Shown here: positions 1 to 12,209 of the stretch, in pieces
Layout: each line of letters begins with the position of its first letter
Position numbering within the stretch: the first letter of the stretch is position 1
Assembly: GCA_964016885.1 (NCBI GenBank)
Contig: OZ024741.1
Location: 194,680,001-194,744,000 of the forward strand
DNA length: 64,000 nt
Direction of reading: 5' to 3'
Origin: Eledone cirrhosa
Lineage: Eukaryota
Program-made: the position numbers and the translations under genes
Notes under the pieces: model-generated
The model's database searches: none
Seen by the model: the letters and a program-made list of their open reading frames with translations, nothing else
Told to the model about the DNA's origin: nothing

Positions 1-300
1 TAAGAAAAAGAACCAAATGAATTGTGAGTTACGTTTGTGTAAATGCTGTAGCAGTCTGGCAAGATGCATTGAACTAACCTTTATCGAGGTGTCAACCGTG
101 TCAACAGGGTTGGAGTTTTGTTTGTTTGTTTGTTTTGTTTTTGTTTTGCTAAGCGTTACATCTCTCTACTTGTTAGAACAACTCCGTGTGATGTCTGTCT
201 CTTCTGAGAAACGAGATCCGAATTGAGTGAAGAAAGTCTTATCTTTGATAAATTGTAAATATATCCTGGTAACCAATATTTTTAGACCAAGTCTGCCAAT

Positions 301-301
<1 letters not shown>

Positions 302-387
<86 letters not shown>

Positions 388-392
388 CACAC
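302..392. repeat. (CA)n microsatellite
   Basis: Nearly pure AC dinucleotide run. Confidence 0.98.
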
Positions 393-496
393 ATATATTA
401 AGCTAACAGAAGTCTGATGAGGTTTTGAGTCATGAGTCGGGTCTCTTCGATAGAAATCGAAACTTGAGCTGATCAATCGCGAAACGTGCGTCACAC

Positions 497-3400
497 ATGG
501 TGGAAGGGGTGGGTGGGGAGCTGTCAGGAGCCTTTGTGGGTTCAGGCTGCACAACGACATTAGTGACCCCGGAGGTGGTTAAAAAGTGGAGCAGGATGAG
601 TAATGTAAGGACAGTCGACGGTAGGGAGATTAGATGCAGAGGAAGCAGTGAGGTGGAGATGGTGGTACGAGGAATGAAAATAAGCCTGCGGACAATCGTG
701 ATCGACCACGTGGTGGATCGAATAGGAGTGGTAATGGGCATGGATGCGATTGGTTGCTTAGGAAGCGTTACAGTGAGTGGGGACGGGGTAACCTTTGGTT
801 GTGCGGGAACACCATGCGCCGCGAGTGTGCAACAGGGGAACATGGAGATCCATGAAGAAAAAGGTGCTGTTCAAGAGAAGGATTTCAGAGGTATTCAACG
901 GTCAGTGGTGGATAGTTGAGTGGTACTGGAAAGGAGAGCCCCGACGTTGAAGAACTGAGTGAGCTGCTATCAGCATATCCTGAAAGGGGATGCAAGAAGC
1001 GAGTTTGAGAGAAATGCAAAGATGGATCGAGGAGGGCATATTAATCCCTTGGAAGGAGAAGATAAAGACGGGAGTGTTACCTGTTGTATTATTTTGTACC
1101 AAATCAAAGGTTTTTATTCAATCTAAGAATAATATAGAAAGAGTCAATAAGAGAAGAAATTAGTATGGGCCAACAATACAACAAACAAGAACAGAACGAA
1201 TACAACGAATAAGAATAAAAAGGAATCAAATCAAAGAGAAGAATGTGATGCTATAAAACAAATCATATCATCACATGACCGTTAATGGCAGTAGTGCAAC
1301 CAACGCAGAACAAAACCGGGCCGGTGCTGGACCTTCGTAAACTGAATAAACAGATGTCACGCCACACAGGCGGTGAGGTCACAGATGTCTGTGGGGAAAA
1401 CATGCGAGAGTGGAGATAAATGACGGAGCCTCCATGATTGTCGACTTAAAGTTGGCAAATCTGGAGAAACTATGGAAGTATCAGCTGGTCAGGTATAAGG
1501 GCAGATATAGAGCCTGACTGGGATGGGTTTCGGGGTGAATTCTGCACCAAAGATCATGGCAGCGGTTCTCGAGGCCATTCTGGGGAAGGTGGACAACGTG
1601 AGGGGGCTACCAATTCCTACATCGACGATATCGAGGTAGAAGAGACCATGGTGCCGACAGCAGATGTCTCAAGCCACCTAGGAAGGTTCAGGTTAATCGC
1701 GAAACCGCCAGAAGCGATGCGAGGAGGAGCCGCAGTCAAGCAAGAAGAGATAAGACGGTAGTATTTCGAAGGCGAAATGAAGGCCCAGAACTAGGAACCG
1801 GCATGGACAGACGAGAATTTTCTCAATGTGTGGGAAATTGGTAGGCCACTATCCAATCGCGGGGTGGCTCCGAACAGCATGCAGCTATATGATGAAACGA
1901 GCGGACGTGGTGAGCTGGGGAGGCAGAGTGGGAGAGAGAAGGGTGGCCATGATGCAGGAGATCGTGGAGAAGGTAAAGGTGGATGACACAGTAAGAAGAA
2001 GCTGGTACATATCCAAATCGGAGAACGGGACCGTATGGTGTGATACTAGCAGCATAGCGCTAGGGGTCACTCAGAAAATAGGGGGTGTCGAATTCGAGGA
2101 CGCAGCCTGGCTCAGGAAGAAGGAGGACTGCAACCACATCACTGAGGCCGAATTGGACGCCGTGCTGAAGGTTGTGAATCTCGCCCTGAGATGGGGGCTG
2201 CGCACCATAGAGATTCAAACTGATTTGGCCACTGTACTCGAATGGATGAAATCAGTGCTTACCACTGAGAGGAGGTTGCGAACGAGAGAGGCGGCAGAGA
2301 TGCTAATAAAGCGCCGCCTAGAAACTCTGGGAGAGATGGCTGCTGAATTTGGCCTGAAGTCAAGTGTGGCCTTTGAGTGCTCGGGCTCGGAGAAAAATAG
2401 GGTGGACATCCTAACCAGGACGAAGAAAACCTAGCTGTAAGCGCCAGAGGGTGCAGAAAAGGGGACAGCTGCTGTGTGTCAGCTGAGTGACTCGGAGCAG
2501 AGGAGGCTTCATTCCATGCATCATATGGGAGTGGATAGGATCCTGTTCCTAACCAGGTAAGTCGACTCCGACGTTACCAGACAGAGTGTCCAGAAAGTGG
2601 TCAGGAGTTGCGACAACCGGGTAACAACCCAATGGAGTACAAACTGGAAGCGATTGGCAGTAGATGTGACACACTACGGACAGGATACGTATCTCTCGAT
2701 GGTCGATTGCGAACCGGAACGGAGGGAAATGAAGACGAGGACTGTGGATGAAATCGCATGGTAGCTTAAAGAGATATGTTTGGAGCAGTGCCCTGTGGAT
2801 GAACTGTTGATGGATAACAGCAGGGCGTTTCGCTCGGAGGTCCTGAAGAGATGCTCGATGAGAGAAATGTGAGCCGCTTCTTCAGAGTGGTACAGGCTGA
2901 GCAGAAATGAGATTGTGAAGAAACACCATCACACGATCAAGGCCATGGCGGAGAGGGGACTCATTTCACCAATGGAGGTGGTTTCTGGTACATGTCTCCT
3001 CGGATGGGACAGGCTGAGGAGTCGGTGTCACATAGGGCGATATATAAATATGATTTGTGACACCCATGCACGTTATTACAACAACCTATGGAAGAGAGAA
3101 AGAATGTGTTCATACAAGTGGGCGAATAAGTCTGGGTCAAGCCCCCGAATGCACGTTGCACATCTCAATGGGAAAGGGAACTGTAACAGCTGTAAATTCC
3201 CGAAACAACGTGTCTGTGGACGGAATGCCGTGTTACGTCTTGGATGTCCGTAGAGTCGTTGATTTGACGGACTTCGGTGAAGAGAACGAAAGCACCGTCT
3301 CAACTGTGCGGGGATCACAACGGGAACGCCGTCGATCCAGGTGGGTGACGACTTTGACATGGAGTGATATGACGGGGCGATTGATCCTTGAGATCAGGGG
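497..3400 (+). mobile_element. Degenerate Ty3/Gypsy LTR retrotransposon pol region (PR-RT-RH-IN), 5'-truncated, many stops and frameshifts
   Basis: Protease-like FVGSGCTTTLV (D[S/T]G motif decayed) in ORF 497-919; RT YIDD at ~1618-1629; RNase H motifs WCDTSSIALG, HITEAELDAV, IQTD, NRVDILTR in ORF 1826-2434; integrase remnants (HHMGVDR, LAVDVTHY, MDNSRAF) at ~2500-2950. Domain order is Gypsy-type. Confidence 0.9.
1082..1275 (-). mobile_element. Solo LTR (194 bp) inserted into the Gypsy RT region
   Basis: TGT...ACA termini; 5-bp flanking duplication TTACC (1077-1081) / TGACC (1276-1280); removing it restores the reading GVLP-LMAVVQP; AT-rich relative to the host element; AATAAA on the minus strand. 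Confidence 0.8.
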
Positions 3401-3403
3401 GCG

Positions 3404-3708
3404 TGTGAGGCTAGGGTGCTGGAAGTGCAGGGGAGGTTTTGCTGGAAGCGATGGACCAGTGGTGTGACATCTGAATTTCGCGGGTCTTTCGCGCCCTCTT
3501 TGGTCAGGAAGCCGTACCGCGTGGAGGTGTATGTTGAGGAGTACTATGATTGAGTGTGTGAGACTTGCTACATTCTTTGACCGGACGTATAACAGATGAA
3601 CATCCGCACCGGGAGATTCGATCCGGATTCAAGTTGAAATGCAAATGTAGGTCCCTTCGCTTCCTACGAGTTATAATCGCATTCCTGATGTTATTTGGGG
3701 TGGAGACA
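3404..3708 (+). mobile_element. Probable 3' LTR of the Gypsy element
   Basis: Purine tract AGGGGGCG directly before TGTGAGG at 3404; GC-rich sequence ends near GGAGACA at 3708. The right boundary is uncertain and no 5' LTR is visible. Confidence 0.5.
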
Positions 3709-4929
3709 GGCTGTATATAATTTTTTAGCAAACCCCAGCGGATGTTTTTCTATAAATATACCAATAATTTTATCTAAGTAGTAAACTACATAGTCAAATA
3801 AATTAAGGAACATTCTGTTTCTATATAGAACAATAGACGCGACTTTTGGAAGTTTCTAAAACAATACTTATATGTAAATGTTCTTTTCTTTTGTTAGCTA
3901 TTAGCTAATTTTAATTAGTTCGTTAAATGTTTTGTCCCACTTGTCTCGGGCCTTGAGTAAGTCACAGTAAAGTGATAAATTGATTAAGAAGTTAGTTAAC
4001 AGTTAACAATTATTACGTAGACTACTATGTAGGCATACTTTAATTGGTAAAAGGTTTGTTCCAAAATTCAACAATTTCACACACAAAACTAAGAACATTT
4101 CTTATTTAAGACGAAATACTCAACTATGTTTGTCGTTCTTTAACCAACTCTTGCAATAAATAGTATTTAACATAAATCCTAATTTACTGAATAAAAATGA
4201 AAAGTAACATCAATTTTCTAAGATAAATTTAATTGTTGTTGTCGAAATACGAAACTTCTCTTTCTCATATTCTAGATTTTGCAAGTAACTTTAGATGTAC
4301 ATTATGGAGTTACACACATGCGTACAAAGACAATATAATTAATACTACGTTAACTTATATAAATATGTAATTATACAAAATTGAAATATTTAAATTGATT
4401 AAATTTAATTGGATACAATTTAAAATATCTAACTAATGTAACTAAATTTATAAAATATGCAATTTAATCAATATATTATTAATGTCAATATAATTTACAA
4501 CTCCGTATATCAGTCAACAATGATAAATATGTATAGGTTTGGTATATATACAGTTTGTTGACATTTAAATGTTGGAGCGTGTGCTTTGGTGATCCATCTG
4601 AACATCGATCGCTGACTCTTTCGGCCGATCTGTCCAGGTTAGGCGTCCCTACATTCACACTATCCATGGTGTTGCTGTTCCCGATGTCTCGCGCACGGTC
4701 GAACGCACCCATCCATATCTAAGAATTGGGTTTATTACAGGTACGACCTGGCTTCTCTGTCACGCTAGTGTAGATCAAATTGGGAAGTTGGGGGAGACTT
4801 CAAATTATGACGCTCCACTACGGCACTGCACGTGGCAGTATGCCATTCACATCTCATTTTTTTTCTGTGTAATTTACACCACGTTTCCATTTTTAAAGAT
4901 GTAATCATCCCGTTCAATTTGTTTATTGT

Positions 4930-5180
4930 CAGAGGTTTTCAAGGTTTATAGTATATTAAATATTAAATGATACATATTAGATATAAATATAATAAAATGA
5001 AAAATATACATTACTTATTTATACATAAAATATATTATACTATTTATTTTATATAAATTAATGATTTTATTTATATATTATTCACATGTAGACAGGTCTC
5101 TCTGGAAATAGGGTTGGGGGCGTTGAGGATATTACGTGGCTGTGAGAGGGGCGGTGGCCCAACATGTTTGAGAACCTCTG
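4930..5180. mobile_element. Possible hAT-Charlie-type MITE
   Basis: Termini CAGAGGTTTTCAA / TTGAGAACCTCTG form an inverted pair; an 8-bp TSD is not evident. Confidence 0.45.
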
Positions 5181-6366
5181 ATCTAAAGTCTAGTTCGTAA
5201 TTTAAAGAGATGATTTTATCAAAGGCTGCGACCACCTTTTGGACTTATGGTATTTGTTCCGGCGCTTTCCGTTCTGCTAATTTTTCCTATAATCCTTCCG
5301 ACGTCGATAAAATAAAGCACCAATCAATATAATCTACAGCCGATTTGTGTCATCATGCAATGGGCTACCATGATTTCAGTAGGACCTAAATGGGGAGCTC
5401 TGACATGTGAAATACAGTGCCGTCTGTCTATAACACCGAATGTCACTGCAAACACAAACGCGCACACATCTTATAATTCACTAATATTTACATACAAGCA
5501 CACTCTCTCTTTCGATATCTCCGAACCCACTCTCTAAAAGCGCCCATCATTAAAAGATATAACAAAAAAAAAGAGGAGAGATTTGTCCAAAAAAAAAAGA
5601 AAAAAGATGGTAGGCTATGAATTAAGGGAGATTTGGCTGCTATTTCTAGCAGGTCAGCCAAATCACACACTAACCAGGACTCACCTGAAGCTAAACAACA
5701 AATCTGTGTTGTATGTCAGCTGTAGTGTGTGATGTGTGTGAATATGACCCACCCTAATCAACAGTCGTCATTAATTAATAATTATACATAACTTTAGAGT
5801 CGAGCGGTTTTGAAAAGTAGTTTAGTTTATGATCTTTTCAAAAGAATTCATAATATAAGTGAATTAATTACATTTTAGTAACAAAAACTGCGACCTCGTT
5901 TGCCGTATGTGTAACTTCAGAAAATAAATTTCACTGTTGCCGCTATCTAGAATCAGTTATTTTATTTTATAACCGTACATTTTGAAGCTATAATTTTTTG
6001 GTGTGACATTAGAAATATTTAATATGTTCTACTTCAGACTTAATAGAACAAGAACAAGAGTATTCCAGTTGTGACCACCCTGCTTCTAGATATACGTTGT
6101 TCCGTGTGTCCTTTCATAGTAACTTGTAAGCTGATGAAGTTTGACTGTTGATTCTAGCAGGTGAAACGACCACATAGTGGCTATCTTATTGGTTTGAGAC
6201 ATTGGTTGCATGTAAATACTAAACTGTGAAATTCTGAAACGTAACTCTTTTAGTTTTATAGGAAATATAATTGTTTCTATTTTAGGCACAAGGCCAGTTT
6301 TATAGGAAATATAATGATTTTCTATTAAAAGGGACTATCTTTTTAAAAACACTTTCACGCGCGCGT

Positions 6367-6397
<31 letters not shown>

Positions 6398-6716
6398 CAC
6401 ACACATATATGTGTTTGTGCATGTGTAGAAATATCCGTAGGTGAAAAAAGAAAACTGTTCAGTAATGAAGAGAGTTCTTATATTATATTATTTATTTATG
6501 TTTACACACGATAGCGCTTTTGTTCCATCTATGAAAATAAATAAATAATATGTATGTGTGTGAGCGCTCGCGCGCGCAATGTGGCGAAGCGAGAATCATA
6601 CACATTTTTACAATTGATATTTTTGTAATTACCCTTTCATTGTGGCGGTAACTTGAATAAATATAAAAAGATTTTAACTTGTTGAACTGAGCTATTCTGA
6701 GGACAGAAAGGTAAAT

Positions 6717-8519
6717 ATGGATGTTAAATTAATTCATCAGCTTCAGGAATGCCTTAATAAGCTTTTGAAAAGCTCACCAGACAGTAGAAATTCTATAAAG
6801 TTCCAAGATACGGTTTTATATATTGTCCGTGATGTGTCATCGTATAGTGAGCTGGATGTACTCCAGAACATATGTAGTTTCACTGTCCCATTTATTGTTG
6901 TTTGTCTCGGTAGAAGGGACAATTTGGCTGGGAGAACTCGCAACAAATCATTTGATAACAACCAATCTGCCATATCTCAGAAGAGTAATGTCTCTGAGGA
7001 CAGTAACAGTCTTTATGAAGGTTCACCTTTAGAAATGGAAGAATATGCCGATTTTAATCGTGTCAATTTATCTCCTTTGAAATCTCCTATATCTGTGATG
7101 AACCAGAGTTCATTTCTTCCTATTAGTCTCTCATATGCTAACCGTGTCTTGTCTGCTTATTGCTGTCTTATGTTGTCATCGAAATATTCTGTTAGCAAAG
7201 AAACACGTATCCCTATTTTAGTATACTGCAACGGGAAAGATATTTTGAAGACTGCATTTGTTTATGTCACACCAGATGTTGATGTAGAGGGTAATACTAT
7301 GTTATTATACTCCAGAATAACTGTTGCAGAAACAACCAACGATATCTCCATATATTCTTCCACTTCTGAACCTTTCCCCGAAAACATGCGTCAAATGAAC
7401 AACCTAGCAGAATATCGGGTATTGGACAGTAGTACGAATAATAGTCAGAAGGAAGACAGGAGTAAAATAATCCTTGAGGCGGAATGGAATAGATCGATGA
7501 AATACTTGGATAAACCTTCACCCGAGGCTAGGGTTAATGTCAAGGTGAGCATTGTGCCTGGTGACGAAACGGGACCAACTTATAAAAAATTCCAAGAAAT
7601 CTCAATTCTGCAAGGATTTTTCGAGGGTCTTTCTAAAGGTGAGGTCGGATGGTTGACGCCACAATTTGAAGATACACCTGTTATTGACAATCTAAAGAAT
7701 CTTTTTGAACACTTGAAGCTAGGCGATGCTGACATTGAAGATAATTTCGCAGAAAATGAAAACAACGAAGAAATTCCTCATAAAATCTTTATGTTTACTC
7801 GAAAAGATCAAGACTTCACTGATAAAGTCTGGAATGTCCTGATTAATTGTCATAGTTTTGAAGAACTTGTTGACTGTTTAAACTTCATGTTTGACGAACT
7901 ACAATGTAAAAATATTCAGCCATTGGTGCACAAGACTAACAAAACTCGTATTGCTGAACTGGTGCGCAGCTCCTACATGAATAAAATGGATATCCCAGAT
8001 ATGGAAGGTTACATACCATTGAAGCTCCTTATTGATATGGGCATTGAGAAACTGTGCAAAGACTACATTAATATGTTGTTGAGCAATGAACTGGCTATAT
8101 TTGACCAAATACATTTCTACATTGATCGTGCTTGTAACATCAAAGAAAGAATGTCTCGAATAGAAAAACTACATTATGTTTATGAGCTAGTTGCCTTAAT
8201 CGATGTCTACCTAAAGCTGCCTCATTCCACTTTGAATTCTGTAGCTTTAACAGCTTTAAAATATTTCACCAACCACCCTCTAGAAAGGAAACAAACCTTT
8301 CAATTTTTTGTTCCTGTTTCCTGTATTAACAGCTTTTTGGACCAGTCGCGACCATATTTTTGGAAAACAGTATTTGAAAATATGAAAGATTCTTCTGAGC
8401 AAACGACAATCTCTTTCTTCAGCGCATTACCATTTGACCATATTGGCGTGACCAATAGCCTTTCAGATAAACCAAGTTATTACACTGTAAAAGTACAACA
8501 ACACAGCATGGCTTTATAA
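6717..8519 (+). CDS. ZWILCH: Protein zwilch homolog (RZZ kinetochore complex subunit), 600 aa, single coding exon
   Basis: Uninterrupted ATG-to-TAA ORF. The C-terminal half (RKDQDFTDKVW...SFEELVDCL...IQPLVH...PLKLLIDMGIEKLCKDYI...ELA) matches my recollection of the conserved Zwilch block; length is about that of metazoan Zwilch. Confidence 0.9.
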   Translation: MDVKLIHQLQECLNKLLKSSPDSRNSIKFQDTVLYIVRDVSSYSELDVLQNICSFTVPFIVVCLGRRDNLAGRTRNKSFDNNQSAISQKSNVSEDSNSLYEGSPLEMEEYADFNRVNLSPLKSPISVMNQSSFLPISLSYANRVLSAYCCLMLSSKYSVSKETRIPILVYCNGKDILKTAFVYVTPDVDVEGNTMLLYSRITVAETTNDISIYSSTSEPFPENMRQMNNLAEYRVLDSSTNNSQKEDRSKIILEAEWNRSMKYLDKPSPEARVNVKVSIVPGDETGPTYKKFQEISILQGFFEGLSKGEVGWLTPQFEDTPVIDNLKNLFEHLKLGDADIEDNFAENENNEEIPHKIFMFTRKDQDFTDKVWNVLINCHSFEELVDCLNFMFDELQCKNIQPLVHKTNKTRIAELVRSSYMNKMDIPDMEGYIPLKLLIDMGIEKLCKDYINMLLSNELAIFDQIHFYIDRACNIKERMSRIEKLHYVYELVALIDVYLKLPHSTLNSVALTALKYFTNHPLERKQTFQFFVPVSCINSFLDQSRPYFWKTVFENMKDSSEQTTISFFSALPFDHIGVTNSLSDKPSYYTVKVQQHSMAL

Positions 8520-9160
8520 ATAACTTATTGTGTCTCTCTCGTAATGTATTTTCAATATTCTGACTAAAGATCTTCTATCCTCGCATGTGAAAGCTTGCAA
8601 GGAATTACTGGTCATTGTTGCCAGGACTGACAAACATTCAAGCACCTGACCCTGTCTTTGATAACAAACCTGTAACAAGAGACTTAAAAGTGCATTAATA
8701 GTAATTCCATTTAAAATTCCAAATTACTGAGAAGTATCCTCCCCTTTCTGTAGTTGTCTGTTTGTATTAATATATATACATATATTTCTATTTGTGTGTG
8801 AGAAAATCCCAGTGCTTAAATAAGAAATCTATATACCTCTGTTGTACTAAACTTTGAACATATGACAGACATTTAAAGTTATAACTAAACCCTGTGAAAA
8901 TATATTTGCTCTCTGGCATTATTGGTAAATGTATCAAAGTATTTTGTCTTTTTCTTATATTTGTTTATGTGAACATTTTACATTTAACATACATATTTCC
9001 CTTGTTATCCTCTGGAGTAAGACAATCACAATTCTGTCTGCTGGAACCATGAGACAACATCCACCTGATGCTATGCAAAGGACATGAGCTGGTATTGTTA
9101 TCAAGCATTCAAGAATTCAAACTGATGTTATTAACTCAAAATCATTTAAATAGGCTTATT

Positions 9161-9166
9161 AATAAA
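9161..9166 (+). promoter_or_regulatory. Candidate polyadenylation signal for ZWILCH
   Basis: AATAAA about 640 nt after the stop, near the end of unique sequence; the region is AT-rich so chance occurrence is possible. Confidence 0.35.
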
Positions 9167-9541
9167 CCAATTTACGGATTGTTTCATTTAAAATATTTGT
9201 ATCCTTTGACAGTTTACTTTAATTTGATACACTAATAGATCATATTTTCATTTCCTAAAAAAACAATTTTCAAAATTCAAATTAAAAATCAAAATTTAAA
9301 TCAAACTAATATCAAAAATATTAGTTTATGTTTTAGCTTTTTCATAGAAATAAATATATGAATGATTTGCTTTTTAAAATGTTTTTTTTTCATTTAACCA
9401 TAATGCGCCCTCTCTCTCTATACATATTATTAATCAATTTATTGTTATTTTTTTATTATATTTCCTGAAGAGATACAGTTTTGAATGGAGTAACTTAACT
9501 GATATTTTTTTTTCACCACAATTGATGAAATACTCTAGATT

Positions 9542-9879
9542 TCATCATCATCATTTTATGTCCGCTTTTCCCTGCTTGCAAGGGTGGGACGGGTCCTATT
9601 CAGCACAGCATCTCTCCACTTGTCACGGTCCTTTGTCATCTCCTCTGTGAGCTTCAGCGATCTGAGGTCTGCTCTCACCACCTCTGCCCATGTTTTTCGT
9701 GGTCTTCCTCTACTGCGTCTTCCTTCTACTGGGATTTCTTGGCACTTCTTCACCCAGCAGTCATCCTCCATGCGTACCACATGTCCATACCATCTCAGTC
9801 TTCTCTCTTGCACATCACAACTTATCCCTCTTATACCCAGTTTCTCTCTCAACTCATCTATGCTCGGTTGTTCACGCAT
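9542..9879 (-). mobile_element. RTE-clade LINE 3' end fragment
   Basis: RRLRWYGHVVRM...GRRSRGRPRKTW C-terminal RTE motif followed by a (TGA)n tail. Confidence 0.9.
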
Positions 9880-9989
9880 AAATAATAATAATACTCCTTC
9901 GTCTTATTGAATTTTGAATCATAAATGCTCTGCTACTATAACTGTTTGCCCCCTGAAGAATGTAGGTTAAAAATGTGCATTGAGCTAAA

Positions 9990-10500
9990 CTCATCTTACC
10001 AATGAATAAAGTGAACTATTACATTATACAAAACCAATATGCCTGAGAGACCTATGGGTTGAACTGCACGTGCAGAACCAACTACATCAGTTCCATAAAA
10101 CGCCTCCAAGTGCAGTGTTTCAAAACCAAAAATGCTTGCAGAGTAAAGAGATACGGTAGACCTAAGAATAGGGGAGGCACATTTTATTAGGTGGCGGATG
10201 CTTACTCTAAACTCTTGGAGTGAGCTGGACACATGGAAACACCTACACACATACTCCAACGGTTAATGGATTTTCCAAGCCAGGAATAATATAGTCTGAT
10301 GAAGGATTATAATCTGAAAGTGCTCACTGTTAAGTGACCTATACTAACTCTGCAACAAAGCCTGTAGACTGTAGCCATGTGACCATTCATGGTAACTATA
10401 CTAACAGTAATCCTAATCCTAACTTTTATTCTTTCCCCTTTTCCATATAAAGCGTGAAACAAATAATACTTTTTGTACCTCTGTTTTGTCATTTCCTTGA
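9990..10500 (+). mobile_element. Penelope-like element 3' remnant (GIY-YIG C-terminus plus pLTR with hammerhead motif)
   Basis: Degenerate KDTVDLRIGEAHFI...TLNS resembles the C-terminal GIY-YIG E/N motif; a hammerhead core follows at 10291-10330. Boundaries are approximate. Confidence 0.55.
10291..10330 (+). ncRNA. Minimal type-I hammerhead ribozyme motif
   Basis: ATAGT-CTGATGA-AGGATTATAATCT-GAA-AGTGCT-C-ACTGT: stem I ATAGT/ACTGT, stem II GGATT/AATCT, near-palindromic stem III, CUC cleavage triplet. Confidence 0.7.
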
Positions 10501-10539
10501 ACTATATATGTATACCGCATTGCAAAGCAGGGTATTAGA

Positions 10540-11960
10540 GAAGACATTGGTGCACTTAGTACCACTGATGCTAAGAAAAAAAAAGGCCTGGAAATGTTAC
10601 TATGAGAGACTGATCAATGTAGAGAATGGATGGGAGCAGAAACTACCCTCATCTTACCCCAAAGAAGGAATAGCAAAGAGATGAAGAATGGTAAAGCTGC
10701 AGGACCATGAGAGATAAAAGCATATGGTGAAGTAGGAGTTGAACTAATAACCTGCATAGTCAATCTGGTAATACAGGACAATGTCATACCCAATGACTGG
10801 TGCAGCAGTCAAATCATAAATTGCTACAAGAGTAAAGAAAGGAACAACTATAGAGGAATAAAACTAAAGGACTAAGTTATGAAAATGACGGAAAGAGTCA
10901 AATTAGATCAGATGCAATTTGATTTCATGCCTGGGAAAAGTACGACAAATGGCCTTTTCTTAGTGAGGCAACTACAAGAAAAGTTCCTAGCCAAAAATAA
11001 GCTACTGTATTTAACTTTTGTTGATCTAGAAAAGGCTTTTGATAGTACTCTGATCTATTATCTAGTGGTCCTTAAGGAAATTAGATGTAGAAGAATGGCT
11101 TGTGAGAACAGTGTAAGCCATGTACAGAGGAGCTGTCAGTAAAGTGAGAGTAGGAAGTCAGATACTCAAGGTACAGGTAGTTCATCAGAGTTTGGTTCTT
11201 AGCCTACTGCTACTCATCATAGTTCTCTGGAGCATAACAGAAGAGTTTAAGACCGGCTGTCCTTGGGAACTTCTCTATGCAGATGATCTGATCCTTAAGC
11301 TGAATCCATAAAAAAAAAACTAAAGAATAAGTTCCAACTATGGAAACATAAGTTGGAATCAAAAGGTCTGCCAAAACTAAAGTGGCAGTAAGTAGGAAAG
11401 AAGATTGGAACCTGATTCCTTCAGGGAAGTGGCCCTGCTCAATATGTAGAAAATGATGTAGGCATAAACTCTATACGATGTACACAATATAAATCTTGGA
11501 TACACAAGTAATGTAGTGAAATATCGGGGGTAATCAATGGGAAGAGAGTCAGTCATATAAACCTTTTTCTATCATATGAAGGATCCATGGAAATTGTTGA
11601 TATCTTCTGCTATCTAGGTGACTTAATTAACAGTGGAAAAGGGTACTTTGAGAGCATAATAGCTAGAATAAGCATAGGATGGAAGAAGTTTAGAGAGCTG
11701 CTCCCAGTGTTGACAATAAAAGGTTTCTCTCTACGTACAAAAGAACGAATGTATAGTGCGTGTGTGTGATGTACGATGTTGCAGGATAATGAAACATTAT
11801 GACTGTAGAGGACGTGTTGGCTGGAGAGAAATGAAACAACCATTCTTTGTTAGATATGCAATGTAAATGTGAGATAAAGGCTGAACTGAGGGAGAAGCTA
11901 GGTTTAAGAGGAATCCAATGTGGTGTGCAAAATAGAAGGCTGCGTTTGTACAGACAAGTG
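10540..11960 (+). mobile_element. Decayed RTE LINE (RT region)
   Basis: QFDFMPGKSTT, FVDLEKAFD, ELLYADDL, FCYLGD fragments with many frameshifts and stops. Confidence 0.9.
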
Positions 11961-12029
11961 TGTGTATTTTACGTTATAATCATGAATGGCTGAATAGATA
12001 GAGCAAACAGTAGAGAGGTTGGCAATGCA

Positions 12030-12200
12030 TTATATCCTGACACAGGTTTGCGGATTGGTAGAGTGTTGGATTAAATGTCATTGTGGTATTTGTTCTGGCT
12101 CTTAATATTCTGAGGTCAATAAAATAAAGTACCTGTCAAGTACTGGGGTTGATTTAATTAACTTCACATTTCCCAAAAATGTTCTGGCCTTGATACTATA
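12030..12200 (+). mobile_element. Degenerate tRNA-derived SINE
   Basis: GAGGTCAATAAAATAAAGTACC...TACTGGGGTTGAT core shared with the SINEs at 53.9-54.3, 57.4 and 60.7 kb. Confidence 0.65.
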
Positions 12201-12209
12201 TTGTGTCAG

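Noticed and set aside
415-465. Other CTGATGA/CTGANGA cores (416, 9465, 9953, 44674, 48246, 50505)
   Set aside because: No correctly spaced stem II, GAAA, UH and stem I pairing could be built.
10405-10425. Telomere-like TAATCCTAATCCTAAC
   Set aside because: Too short and not a (TTAGGG)n array.
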